60,819 bases of DNA, taken from NCBI GenBank assembly GCA_001642005.1, contig LWCA01000074.1:1-60819 (forward strand), written 5' to 3'. Below are positions 26,090-38,300 of the stretch, one piece after another. The position numbers were made by a program, and so were the translations under genes. This DNA comes from Intoshia linei. Lineage: Eukaryota; Animalia; Orthonectida. Positions within the stretch are counted from its first letter, which is position 1, and every line of letters begins with the position of its first letter. The notes under the pieces are model-generated. The model saw nothing but the letters and a program-made list of their open reading frames with translations, searched no databases and was not told the origin of the DNA.

Positions 26090-26574
26090 ATGATGAGTGA
26101 TTCGACAAATAAAAATTATTCCACACTGTGGAATTTGGAAATTTCAAATTGTAGTTACATTATGACATGTTTTAATTTATTTTAGCTACCCTTATATTGA
26201 CAATCTTATGTATATATTTTGTATTTGCAGTTATTTTGATTATTCTTATATATTGCCATAAAAGATGGAAAAAGGAACAGCAAACATTTAACATTAAAAA
26301 ACCTAACTCCACGTCAGTACCTTTCACCATTCCGTACAATATGACTTTATCTGATCCAGATAAATTAGACGCCATTTCGGATAAACAAGAAATTGCCAGG
26401 TATAGACATACGTTTGATGCACTCCGACAAAAGACTTATCAAAGTACACCAGAAATCAACAGTAAAAAAATTATTAAAAATACTACAGAAATACCCAAAC
26501 ATAAACTACTTATTAAAGAAAATAAAAAAGTTACATTTAATGATCAAGAAATGGTACAAATATTTTATCAATAA
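26090..26574 (+). CDS. Orphan type III membrane protein with C-terminal RVxF motif; exons 26090-26150, 26186-26574
   Basis: A 35-nt GT-AG intron joins MMSDSTNKNYSTLWNLEISN in frame to a TM helix (TLILTILCIYFVFAVILIILIYC), basic HKRWKK and the tail KKVTFNDQEMVQIFYQ. Confidence 0.7.
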
Positions 26575-27490
26575 TCTTTTCACATTTTTGATAATTATTC
26601 ACACTTGAGTAGATTTCTCAAAATTTTAAAACATTAATAAAAATTATAATATATATATTTTTTTGTATAATTGTTGCATACTCATTTTAACTTATTGAAA
26701 ATTACAGAATAGTAAACAAAAATTTTTTAATAGTGAGTAAAACAAATATACAGCAAGTTTTTTATACAATCAGCCTGATGATACATATATGAATCGATGC
26801 TAATGTACAAGAATGGTATATCATATATCTTATATGACTATCGTTGCGAATCAAATTCTTTTCAAGTTTTTTGTACGTCAAATAAAAAAATTGGATATCT
26901 TCAATCAAATCAAATATATCGGCTCACAAAATATTATAAGAGATATATTTAAAGGATTCTAAATTAATTAATTTTAGTTAATAACCGTTATAAAAATATT
27001 GATTTTTAAATATCACCTGAATTTTTGATTTTTTAGAATAAATTTTAACTAATTTGTAACAATGTACGAAAAATTTTAAAAATATAAAATTTCTTAATTC
27101 GTTCGCTAACTATACAGTTCATATATTCATTTCTGACTGTATTCAATTAACCCAATGTCATTTAGTTGATACATTATCAGGAGAGAAATTGTTAAACTGT
27201 AATTTAATGTGTTAGTCAAACACATGTCAGTTTTCTCGTTTGTTTTTAATTAAACTCTACACGTAGTTAACTTTTCAGTCTTCGTGTTAAAAGTGAACCA
27301 CCAGAATAAAAATTGTTTATAAACTTATTTATTCTACACCTACTTGATTGCTAGAGAAATCAGGTTCAGGTTTTGAAAAAAACTATAACATACATTGTAT
27401 AATTGGGGCTTAAAATGTTTTTAATTGGCATCCAAAATAATTGAATTTTTGCATCAGTTCACTTAAATATAGTTAAATCTATATAAACTA

Positions 27491-29133
27491 CAGTGCGCGA
27501 CATAAGTCTTAGGCACCCCATTGTAATTAATTTAAACACTCCTAATTCATGATTTAAGACCCCCAAAAAAATAATACATTTTGTTTGATAGTACAAAAAC
27601 TAATCATGTTTTTTATAAAATATTAATAACACCAATACCAGGATGAATAAATGTAATAGTTTACTTAATTATAAAATATAATATAAAAGTATTAATTGGA
27701 TTAAATTTCAATTAAAAAATTATTACCAATAATTTTAGACACAAAAGTCTTGGACCCCCTCTGAATTATATTCATTTTTGGTGATTATAATTATTTTTGA
27801 AAGCTTTGATGAAAATTAATTGTTTAATATTTAGTATGTAGTCCTTTAGAAGTGACAATGGACTTGATTCTTATTGGAATACTCTTGTATAGGTTTTTTA
27901 TATAAGAATTTGGTATATTATTCCATTAATCTAATGCGACCATCAATAAGTCTTCGACATTGCTTAATCGGTTGTCTAATTTTAATATTTTGTTTTAATA
28001 TGTTTCACATATTTTATATAATATTTATGTCAGGACTCTGTGGCGGCCAGTTTTCTAAGAGTTTAATCCTTCTTGAACTTAAATATTCTGTACTTTTTAA
28101 AGACTTATGGCAAGATGATTATCCTGCTGAAAAAAAGATCTTTTCAAGAAAAAACTTGACGATGTGGTAGACAGAATTCTTATGTATTCGTTGGAATATA
28201 CATTAAAATTGCACTTTAAAAAAATTTGTTCTCCATCATGTCGAATACCACCCCATACCATTATGGTAGAAGAATATTTTAATGTACTTGTAGTGTATTT
28301 GGAATCAAATCTTTTACCTTTAGGCCTTCTTACGTACGATTTTGTGGTGGATATTAGTTGGATTTTGCTTTCGTCGGTAAATATAACCTTGGCCCAATCC
28401 AAATCACTCCATTCCAAATGTAATCGACACCACAACAATCTTTTTTTGATATTACGCTTCGATAATAATGGTTTTTTAGCAGATATTCTTCCGAATAGGT
28501 TGTTTTTGCGAAGATATCTTCTTACTGTTTCTGTGGATATGGTTACAGTTGACTTAATGAATCTCTTTTCACATTAGAAGCAGTTTTACTAGTAAACTTT
28601 CGAGACTCATTGCACAAAAGACGCTCATCTCTTATAGATAGTATAGGAGGACGGTCCGACCTTGGCTTATCTTCAACAGATTGTATACTATTGTATTTTT
28701 TAATTATTTCAATAACAGAATGCCTTGAAATTTTAAGATCTCTAGCAATTTTGTGTTTTGAAATCTCTCCCTTGTGAAGCTCAACTATTTTCTTTCTAAT
28801 TGTTAATGATATCCTAGTCATGATGTCTAATGTTTAAAATAAAATACAATTTATAATGAATAACATTAAAAAATCAGAATATGTACATTTAAAAAAAAAC
28901 CTTGTGATTTCAATTGTATTTATTCTTATTTTTACAAAAATTGTTAGGGGGTTCAAGACTTTTGACGCATGATATATTGAAAGTAACCGTGAAAATAGTA
29001 ATATATTTTTCAATAGAATATTTATTTGTTTACATAATGGTTTTTAAATTTTTAAAAACGATTTACTAGTTTTTGTGCTATCCAGCAAAATCTATACTTC
29101 TGTTGTGGGGTCTGAGACGTTTGACCGGCACTG
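27491..29133 (-). mobile_element. Tc1 transposon, full length, frameshifted transposase (28821 to ~27800), IR/DR-type ends
   Basis: TA|CAGTGC...GCACTG|TA. Transposase motifs HTH, RSDRPP, WAKVIFTDES, IMVWGGI, FQQDN, WPPQSPDIN. Diverged long IRs carry repeated aagtct..g.cccc sites. Confidence 0.92.
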
Positions 29134-29289
29134 TAAGTAAAACCTTAATAATGTCCCGATGTGCGGTTCAAAATATAATTAAAAAATATAAAAAGGGGTA
29201 AGGCATAGCTGACTTGCCAAGATCAATTAGAAAACGCATGCTAACATTTAGAGAAGAGGCTATTATAAAAAGGTAATCAATTAAAAACC

Positions 29290-29618
29290 CATTCTTGACA
29301 GCTTTTTGGCCCGCGCAAAGCCTAGATCTAAATATTATTGAACATATGTGAAAAATTTTGAAAGATATAGTTTATAAGCTAGATCCAACCAATTTAGAAT
29401 AACTGTGGAAATTTATACAGGAAGAATGGGACCGCGTACCTCTAGAAACTATTCAAGATTTGTATGTCTCATTGCCAAGAAGAATTGCATTAGTTATACA
29501 AAATAAAGGATGGAATACTAATTATTAATAATTTTATATATATTTATCTAATATTTTTATTTAATTAACATAATTAATTGTATTATTTTATAAGTGCTTA
29601 AGACTTATGTCGCTCGGA
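29290..29618 (+). mobile_element. Second Tc1 3' fragment
   Basis: WPAQSLDLNIIEHM*...LWKFIQEEWDRVP...SLPRRIALVIQNKGWNTNY*, followed by cttaagacttatgtcgc (inverted match to the 27491 end). Confidence 0.8.
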
Positions 29619-29657
29619 ATTTTGCAATTTTAATTAAAAATACCTATATTTCATTAA

Positions 29658-30186
29658 CCCATATACTTCTAGACAAATTTTTCCAATTTTTTGGCTTTGA
29701 TTTTTCCAAAAAATTGAAAAGTTAATACATACTTGCCTATTTCTCACCATATATAATTTTAGGTAATTACCCATTGTAGTTATGGAGTTATTTCACATTC
29801 CATATGTTCACATTGGAAGAATAAGGAAAATAAAAGCGTGTATATATAAAACCGCATCGTCAATATACTTAATTACTTCATCAAATGGTAGCCAATACAT
29901 GAATTCATCATATGGTATTCATTAAATTCAGTTATCACAACTTTAACAAAAAAAAATATAAAAAATTTTTTCAGTGAATTTTTTTTTTGCTTCGAAAAAT
30001 CATTTATGCCCACTGTCAATGACACAGGAAGCTAATCGGTAAAAACTCATAACTAATATACTCGAATGTTATATAATATACTAATTAATTTAATTTTTCA
30101 TATTTAATTAACTTTGTTTCAATTTGACACGTGTTTTTATAAATGTTATGTTGTGTGACCATATGGTCACACAGGGAGTATATGGG
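29658..30186. mobile_element. piggyBac-type non-autonomous element
   Basis: TTAA|CCCATATACT...AGTATATGGG|TTAA; perfect 22-bp subterminal palindrome TGTGTGACCATATGGTCACACA (30152-30173). Confidence 0.85.
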
Positions 30187-31005
30187 TTAATTATTAAAAA
30201 AGTTTTATAGTTTTTACTTTTTTAGGGTTTTTGAATATTTGTTATTGATCATACATTAAATATAATATCAGAAAATGTCTTAAATCATGAACCAGCCGTG
30301 GCGTAGCGTCATAGTGTGCAAGCTGTTCGCCGAACACCCTAGACAATTCAAAATTTAAAAAAATTATATTTAATAAATAACTTAATTTTTATAATTTAAG
30401 TTCAATATCACATCATAGTTCATATTCAAAATTCATATAAAATGTCAATAATAAATTATCTGTTAAAATCTATCTTTAAAAAACATCAGTACAAAATTTT
30501 AAACTCATAATAAATTTCAATTAGAATAAATTTGTACATCGTAAAAATTGGATAAATATTTTCTATAGAGATTTAAATTCTAAAATTATACTTAACTTAA
30601 GGTGTCTTGAAAATTTAGCGAACACAATTTCATAGTATCTTAATGATAAATTTATGCTCACATTTATAATATGAAAATATTTTCTATAGAGATTTACGTT
30701 GTCAAATTTTACTTAAGGTATGTTGAAAATAAAATGAACACCTTGCATTTAGATATAGATTTAGACTTAACACTATAATTTCATTATTGCTCAAACAACA
30801 TTCTAGCCTCTGCCGAGGGCGAACTCATAATTCTATCGAAAAAATAAATTAACATGTAACAATGTAAAGAATAAAATATTACTTGAAAATGCTACTACAG
30901 TCGGACCTCGGATTGGGGCACCATTTTTTGAAAAGTTCCCCAAAATCAAAGTTTTAGTAAGTTATCTAATTTTTCATTGAACATTTAAACTATTGCACTA
31001 CATTA

Positions 31006-31300
31006 TCCTTACTTACATAATATGCTACGCTATATTTGTTTATGTGTCAGTGTGTGTTCCCGTTTATTTCAATAACTATAGTCTTAGAATTTTGTAAAGT
31101 CCACATTTCAATTTCCGTTTTCATTTTTTAAAAATGAAACGAACTGGAGAATTTAAACAAATATATAACAATTTCTGATACGGATTTTAAAATCCAATAT
31201 TATTATAACTTCAAATTTTATAAAAATATATCTTTAGGGCCAAAACTCAAAACTACCCTTTTTTTGCAATGAAAACAGCCACAGAATTTAAAAAAATATG
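31006..31300 (+). mobile_element. Helitron 5' fragment
   Basis: A|TCCTTACTTACATAATATGCTACG start; reverse complement similar to 48780-49161. Confidence 0.7.
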
Positions 31301-31639
31301 TTGAATGGAATTGAAATAAAAATTTTTTATTATTTGAACGTATAGTACTATTTATAAAAAAATTTGTAATAGTAATAGTAATTTATTATTTAATTAGTAA
31401 ACATAGTAATTTATTAACGAGAATGTTTTGACACAAAAATCCTCGTTAACGGAATGGGATTTTTTTAGGACCAAAAATTCCGTTAACGAGGAATTAGGTT
31501 GTATTTATTATTGGTGCTAACTAGTGTCAAACCGGTTTACCGAATAAAAATATTCGAAAATTCGGTTTTTAAATTTACTATAAATTTGACACGGTTTCAA
31601 TAATTATAATAAAACGTGAGTTTTTGATATTAAAACGTT

Positions 31640-31713
31640 GGCTTCTTAGCTCAGTTGGTTAGAGCACCGTGCTAATAACGCGGGGGTCGTGGGTTCAATC
31701 CCCACAGAAGCCA
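31640..31713 (+). tRNA. tRNA-Ile (AAT)
   Basis: 74-nt cloverleaf: acceptor GGCTTCT/AGAAGCC, D arm TAGCTCAGTTGGTTAGAGC, anticodon arm CCGTG-CT AAT AA-CGCGG, T loop GTTCAATC; T-run Pol III terminator follows. Confidence 0.97.
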
Positions 31714-32354
31714 TTTTTTTTTTCATAAAATATTTCTTATCTATTTCACTTTTACAAAGTAAAATTACATTAAACCGGTTTTTTTTGCCATTTGTATTAA
31801 CAAATTTGTAAGTTAAAATTCCATTTGAATTCAGTATACAAAATGTAATCAAAAAGAACTTAAATTTATTTAAAACACCAACACTATTATGATTGGTTTA
31901 TATTTGTTGTCTACCTCTCTGGAACTACATAGTGACTAAAATTTAGACGGTTAAACATAGTAAAAATAATATAATAATGATACATATAAATAAATGAGAA
32001 TAATGCAATTGCATTTTGAATTTATCGACAGTTGGATCAGGACCTTTTAAAATTAAAATTCAGAGCTGGGATGCTGTGTGTACGAAACACATAACACTCA
32101 AGCTAGTATTTAACAAGACGGAATACCTGAAAATCCACTTTTCAGTTTGAACACTCATCATGAATTAATTACAATTTATCAGGTTCATGTCGTAAAATCA
32201 TGGTATAAATTATCACAATGATCATTGATTATGGCCGGCTTGAGTTTATTTTATTTTTAAACGGTAATGTAAGATTTAATAAATTTTTTGATAAACAATT
32301 GAATTTTATGGCTCTTGTGAAAATGAAATATAATATTCATGTTAATTATTTATA

Positions 32355-35300
32355 TTAAAGCCTTATTTCTGTGTGTTTGATGTCATCAAAATCTTTTAAT
32401 TTTTCATCACTATATAGTAATTGTGTTTCATTATCTTTTTCAATTTTGAGCCAATTTTCGTTCGGTTTCAAATTAATTTTAATACGCTAAATTGATAAAT
32501 AAAGAAGATGAAAATGTAGCAATAAAAATTTAAACAAGTCGTACGAATATGATAAAATAAGTAAATAGCGAAACTTTTTTATATAATAATAATTGCAAAT
32601 TATGTATTTACTATTAACTATTGAGTAAAAACAAAAAAAATTACTACTGTATGTTTCCTATCTGACTATACAATAATCGTATACAATACTATAATCGAAA
32701 ATATCACGAAACGTTTCTATACAACCAAATTGAGAAATAAAACAAAGCCGAACCTACATAGCTATAGTACTAAAGGCCTCATTTGAAATGAACATTAAAA
32801 AAATTTTTATTTTTCAATATTCATTTTGAATTAATCTAAATTTATTTTGTATGTCAAATTTAAACTGTCAAGTTCAGACCCCGTAGAGGTAGCACTTATT
32901 ACTACTATTTGCGAAAATTTCTTGGACACCTATATTTTATGTTGGCATCGAGCATGGTAGGGTCGGCTCTGAATACAATAATAAAATGAAGCAATGAAAT
33001 ACCTCTAGTAATTTTCCAGGTGTCTTATAAATTCGAATCAGCATTACAATTGGAATAGGTACAACGGATGCCATAGAAAGAATCCAACCTATTGCGATTG
33101 CCCAGGTTGGGAATGAATATTTTCCTAACATTGGTGGTTTCATTTGAGTGATGGTTGCTACTAACATTCCCTAAAAATATTAAATATTTTTAGAGAAACA
33201 TTACAGCCATGATGATCGGAGTGATAAATCTCCAAGTTATAATCCAAAATACACTTGGCTCTATTTTATTCATATGTTTAATTTGTTTAAATAGTCGCCT
33301 GTAATCTAAAATAAATATTCATTGATTTTAGTGTACATATTATCATTGATAATTATCATATATATATATGTAATATTTCCTAATAAAAATAGCATTATAA
33401 TAAGACAATGTAAACGCAAATAATTGTAAAATCAAAAAATTTAGAAGTTGAAGTTCATGTTACAAGTTTTTAATTCTATAGTAACTAAATATAGTTTTTA
33501 AGTTTTTTAAGTATAATAAATTAATATTAAATCGTGTAAATGAAATTGAGTAAAATGAGGTTATATTTATATGCAATGATTACGAGCGAATGACATCGGC
33601 TTCTTAGCTCAGTTGGTTAGAGCACCGTGCTAATAACGCGGGGGTCGTGGGTTCAATCCCCACAGAAGCCATTTTTTTTAATAAATTTAAATTAATCAAT
33701 GTTACCAAAAAATTGTGGCATGTCAGTTTCAATTTATTTAAAACAACAACTGTATATTGTTTTTTTGCAATCATATGTAGAATCTACATTGTAATTAAGG
33801 TATCCATTTTTTTATTAGAAAACCCATTTTACATATGAATGCCTTTTTAATTTTAAGCATTTATCAAAAAAAATTTTAGATCTGTAAACCTCTTATTCAA
33901 ATGTAATTATTGAAATGAATGCAAAAATTTTAAAATAAATAAAAACATAACTTTATATTATTTATAATCAGCTGTTTTATAATCAGTTTGTAATGCCTGT
34001 GATGGGTTTCCGATGTTTGGTGGACTGTTTTGTTTTTTAAATTAAATTTCACCTTATTTATTTTGGTTTTACGAATTTTATTTTAAATATATGAAAATAT
34101 AAACTTTCTAGATCTATATATATATAAATATAGTAGAGTGTCCCACTTTTTTTTATAGAAAAAGTATACCATATAACTATAGTATATCATATAACAATGT
34201 TTCCCATTTACATCAAGGGTATTATATATAAATTTGTAAATCATAATATTAAGGTTTGGTCAGGCGCGGACCGAATAAAATTTTAATAATAAATCAGAAT
34301 AAGCATAAAGTTATTTATGAATATTACCTGAATTACTATTCACACTTTTTATAAAATGGATATTACTAAGCGTATCAAAATAAATTTATATTAAATAAAT
34401 AATTTAAAAAATCACATATCAAACCTTTATACTTGCTTTCACGGGAAATTCAAAATATTTGTAAATTTATAAAATTACTATCTATTAATCATATAATAAA
34501 ATTCTATAAACAACAAAAAAATTCGAATAAATAACCAAGATTTTAATTTTTCTGTTTTAAAATTTATTGCACCTCATACAAATGACTTACATGATAAAGA
34601 TTATAAATACGGTCAAGTTGATGTTATATCAGTAAAAAAAGCCGATATTTAATCCATTATTACAAATACCTCTATTCGATAAATCAATTCAATTCTAAAA
34701 CTGTCCAACAATGAATCAAATATACCAAGTAAAAGTTCACTATTTTATAATATAAACAAAATTTTAAAAACCGTTAAAAAAACTTTAATAAATGATGTAG
34801 CTTCGTTTAACCAAAACTTGTGTTTACATTTTGACGTCAATAGAATAATTAGATATGACGGCCATAAAACTTAGATACTGGCTGTTTGTATTTCTGGAGA
34901 AAATTATTCAATATTTATTGCTTCACGGTCATTAAATAATAGTAAGGGTCTTACAATATATTAATAAATTCTAAATGTCTTGGAGTTAGTTATTTAATAT
35001 TAATGATAAAATATCTATGGTGATTTGCGACACAATAAGCTCCAACACCGGTATTCATCAGGGTGTAATAACTTATTTTAAACAGATTTTGCCAGAGTTT
35101 ACATACAAAGGTTGTCGGTTTCATATATTAGACCTTATACTTATACGTGTTTTTTATACTGTTTTTCAAGTTAATACAAATTCGCCCAATATTCCATGTT
35201 CGTTTGTAACAAAATTTATTATAAAATCTAAATATATCGGAGAAATTAATAGAGTACACAATGCTAATTTACAGGGAAATTGGCGTAATGCCTACAAAGA

Positions 35301-38300
35301 ATTATTTGAACTAATAGACGCTTATAAAACTCTAATAAAATACCAAAAAAATCCCATTATTAAATTTAAAAAGCCGGGTGCATTTCTAATTTTCGTTAGA
35401 ATGCAAAAGCATTATATGCATTGAAATCATACATCTTAAATGTGGATAGAGCACCAGAGATGACACAAATTTGTGATTCTATAGCAAATGTTTTGTCTAA
35501 ATGTTGGTTTACTTGCAGATTTCAAACATTTGCAGAATGGGATTCCTTAGAAGCAGCATTGCTATTAAATTATCTAACTGTAGCTAAATTTATGACTATT
35601 TAATATTTAAAATGAGTTATTATTATTGCAACATATAATTTAATAGTTACAGCGTCTATAGTTATAATGTTAGCGTCTAAATTAATAGAAGTAGCATTTA
35701 TTTTATTTAAACAACGATATTTTTTATAAAACTAACTTTTATTGTAAATAAATTTAAAATAACTAAAAACATTTATATTGTTATTTTTAATTTTGTGAAT
35801 TAACTGTTAATTTATCACTGTCTCAGCAAATCTTGATTACCCTGAGCTGGTTGTCCCCTCTTTTTTTTGACGTTCAATCAGAGAGCTTTCGACTCTCGAA
35901 GTACAATACACCCATCAATTCTTAATCGTATTGCTATACCGAGATAATGTTTACACATGTAATTTTTACCCCAAAAGGGACACGTACACTTCGAAAACTT
36001 CCAATTTTCACGATTCAGCGATATTTTCCAAACAGAATTTAAACATTTTCTCATATTGAAAAAATTATGCTAATTATAATTATAGAAGCGGGATTAATTA
36101 GACGTTGTAACTATTAAATTAAATTTTGCAATAATAATAACTCCAAAATTTACTTAAAAATGCTAATACATAAAAAAACGGCTTATAAGAAATGTTGATT
36201 TGTGGTGATCCACAGAAATTTTTAAATTTATTCAAACGTTTCGAATATGAAGTTAGATAGTACAATAATTATATTACACGCTTAAGCATTAAATTAGACG
36301 ACCAAAGTTACTTTTTAAATAATGTTAAATTAATTAAATTATGCGTTATAAATATTAATCTAAACGCAGAAACTATTAAATTAGTCGGAGCATTAAATAG
36401 TATCCTTATAAAATACTGACTTTTCATCCATGAAAATAAACTTATATTCGTTTAATTTATTATTTTTTTTAAAATAAAATTTTCGTATTTCGCCTGACCA
36501 AATTAAAATTAAATCATAAATTAAAAGCGACATCTTACATTGTATACAAAATGGTAATACAGTCAAAAATACTTTTTGAATTTCAAACAAAATTATTAAT
36601 TAAACATATCAAAATAAATAAGCCAAAACTGATTTTAAAATTGTAAAATAAATTGAATAGAAGAACATTTATTTATATTTAAGTATATAATTTTTAAAGG
36701 CTGCCCAAATCGCCCATTAACTGAATTAATCGCTCTTACGGGCGATATCACTCACTTTCTGATCCCCTACTACATAGTATATTTTATATATATAGTTTTT
36801 GCTTCAGATTGAACCAGCGGAGAAACACTGGTATAATTAGAAATTACTAATTACATTACAATAAGCTACATATAATTACATGGAAATTTAAACTTCATAA
36901 ATGATGATGTAATAGCTTAACAAATGTAATGAATTCGAAATAATTATACATTACCATAAATCCAGGCGATAACAATACATTCACAAAAAGCTATAATGAG
37001 AACACTAAAGGTTCCGCAGTACCAATCCATTAAACTAAAAACGTACATTCCACCCTATAATTTAATATATTACAACATTTCTAATATACCTTGGTTGTCA
37101 TGGATATGCCAATTATAAACCAGAGAATACAAACAATTCCTGTAAGAAGCTGTCTGCGCTTACCAAACAACTTGGGCATAAGTTCCATTAATCCACTAGT
37201 TAATGTTTCAATCATGCCAAACTAAAAGAATATTTAAATATCAATAAACTATCAAATACTTGACTATCAATTCCTAGAAATAGCATCATTATGAAAAATA
37301 TAATGGCCCATAGAGGCGCTAAAGGCATCATGCTCACAGCCATCGGATAAGCTACAAATGCCAATCCGGGACCTAGAGTATTTAATTTAATTAATATTTA
37401 GAGTAATGTTCAATATTTGATAACGTTACAACATATAGAAATGAAAGATGTAGATTTACCTGAAGCTATTGTTTCAGATATGGGAGAGCCAATTTTATGG
37501 CTCATATAACCTACAATCGAAAATATAACGAAACCGGCATAAAAACTCGTTCCACAATTTATGAGTGGTATTAAAATAGAGTCTCTAAATAATAATTTGT
37601 TCAGTAGTTATTTATATGAACCTTAAAATATTGTTGTTGAATTTATTGTAACTCGAAAGTGTAATCAAACCACCCCAAGCAGGACCAAGAGAATAAAATA
37701 TTTGAATACATGCTTCAATCCATACCTACATGTATCAAAATATAATTACATATAAAAAATTTATTTAATGTACCTGAAATTCCAATAAACGTTTGAAGTC
37801 CGGTGTCAAATAGTATTTTATACCTACCAATGATGGAATTTAAATAATTTTAAAACAAAAACCTTCATATGCACCAGGAAGCATAACCGAACGAATTAAT
37901 AATGACGTGAGTAAAATGTAAGGTATAATTACTGTTATGTAAACTACTTTTCCGGATGATTTTATCCCTTTCATTAAGCACAAAAAGCACAATAGCCAGG
38001 CAATCAGTAAACAGACTATTAAATGAACTTGTATTGGTCCCATATTTTCAATTCCATCACTTATATTAAGAGTTTTCAGACTTAAGTAAAAATATGTAAC
38101 AAAATAAAATACACAATGCACAGATGCTACGGGCGCGTTCGGGTCCAGTTTAACTTAAACTTTAAATTATTTTAAATATACTATTCTCTCTAGTTCGCCA
38201 TTGTTCCAATTTGACGAAATAGAAATGGTCAACATAGAAAACATGTACTATTAATCTTTTGTTAATTAATTTAATGACTAATTGGCCCTGTTATCAAAAT

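Noticed and set aside
28164-28577. Plus ORFs 27874-28170 and 28164-28577
   Set aside because: Antisense shadows of the Tc1 transposase.
31646-31852. ORFs overlapping the tRNAs ([22 protein letters not shown]; also 33647-33838)
   Set aside because: Spurious translations of tRNA-Ile sequence.
32024-32240. GPFKI motif suggesting a retrotransposon integrase tail
   Set aside because: Too short; no other RT/IN motifs or LTRs.
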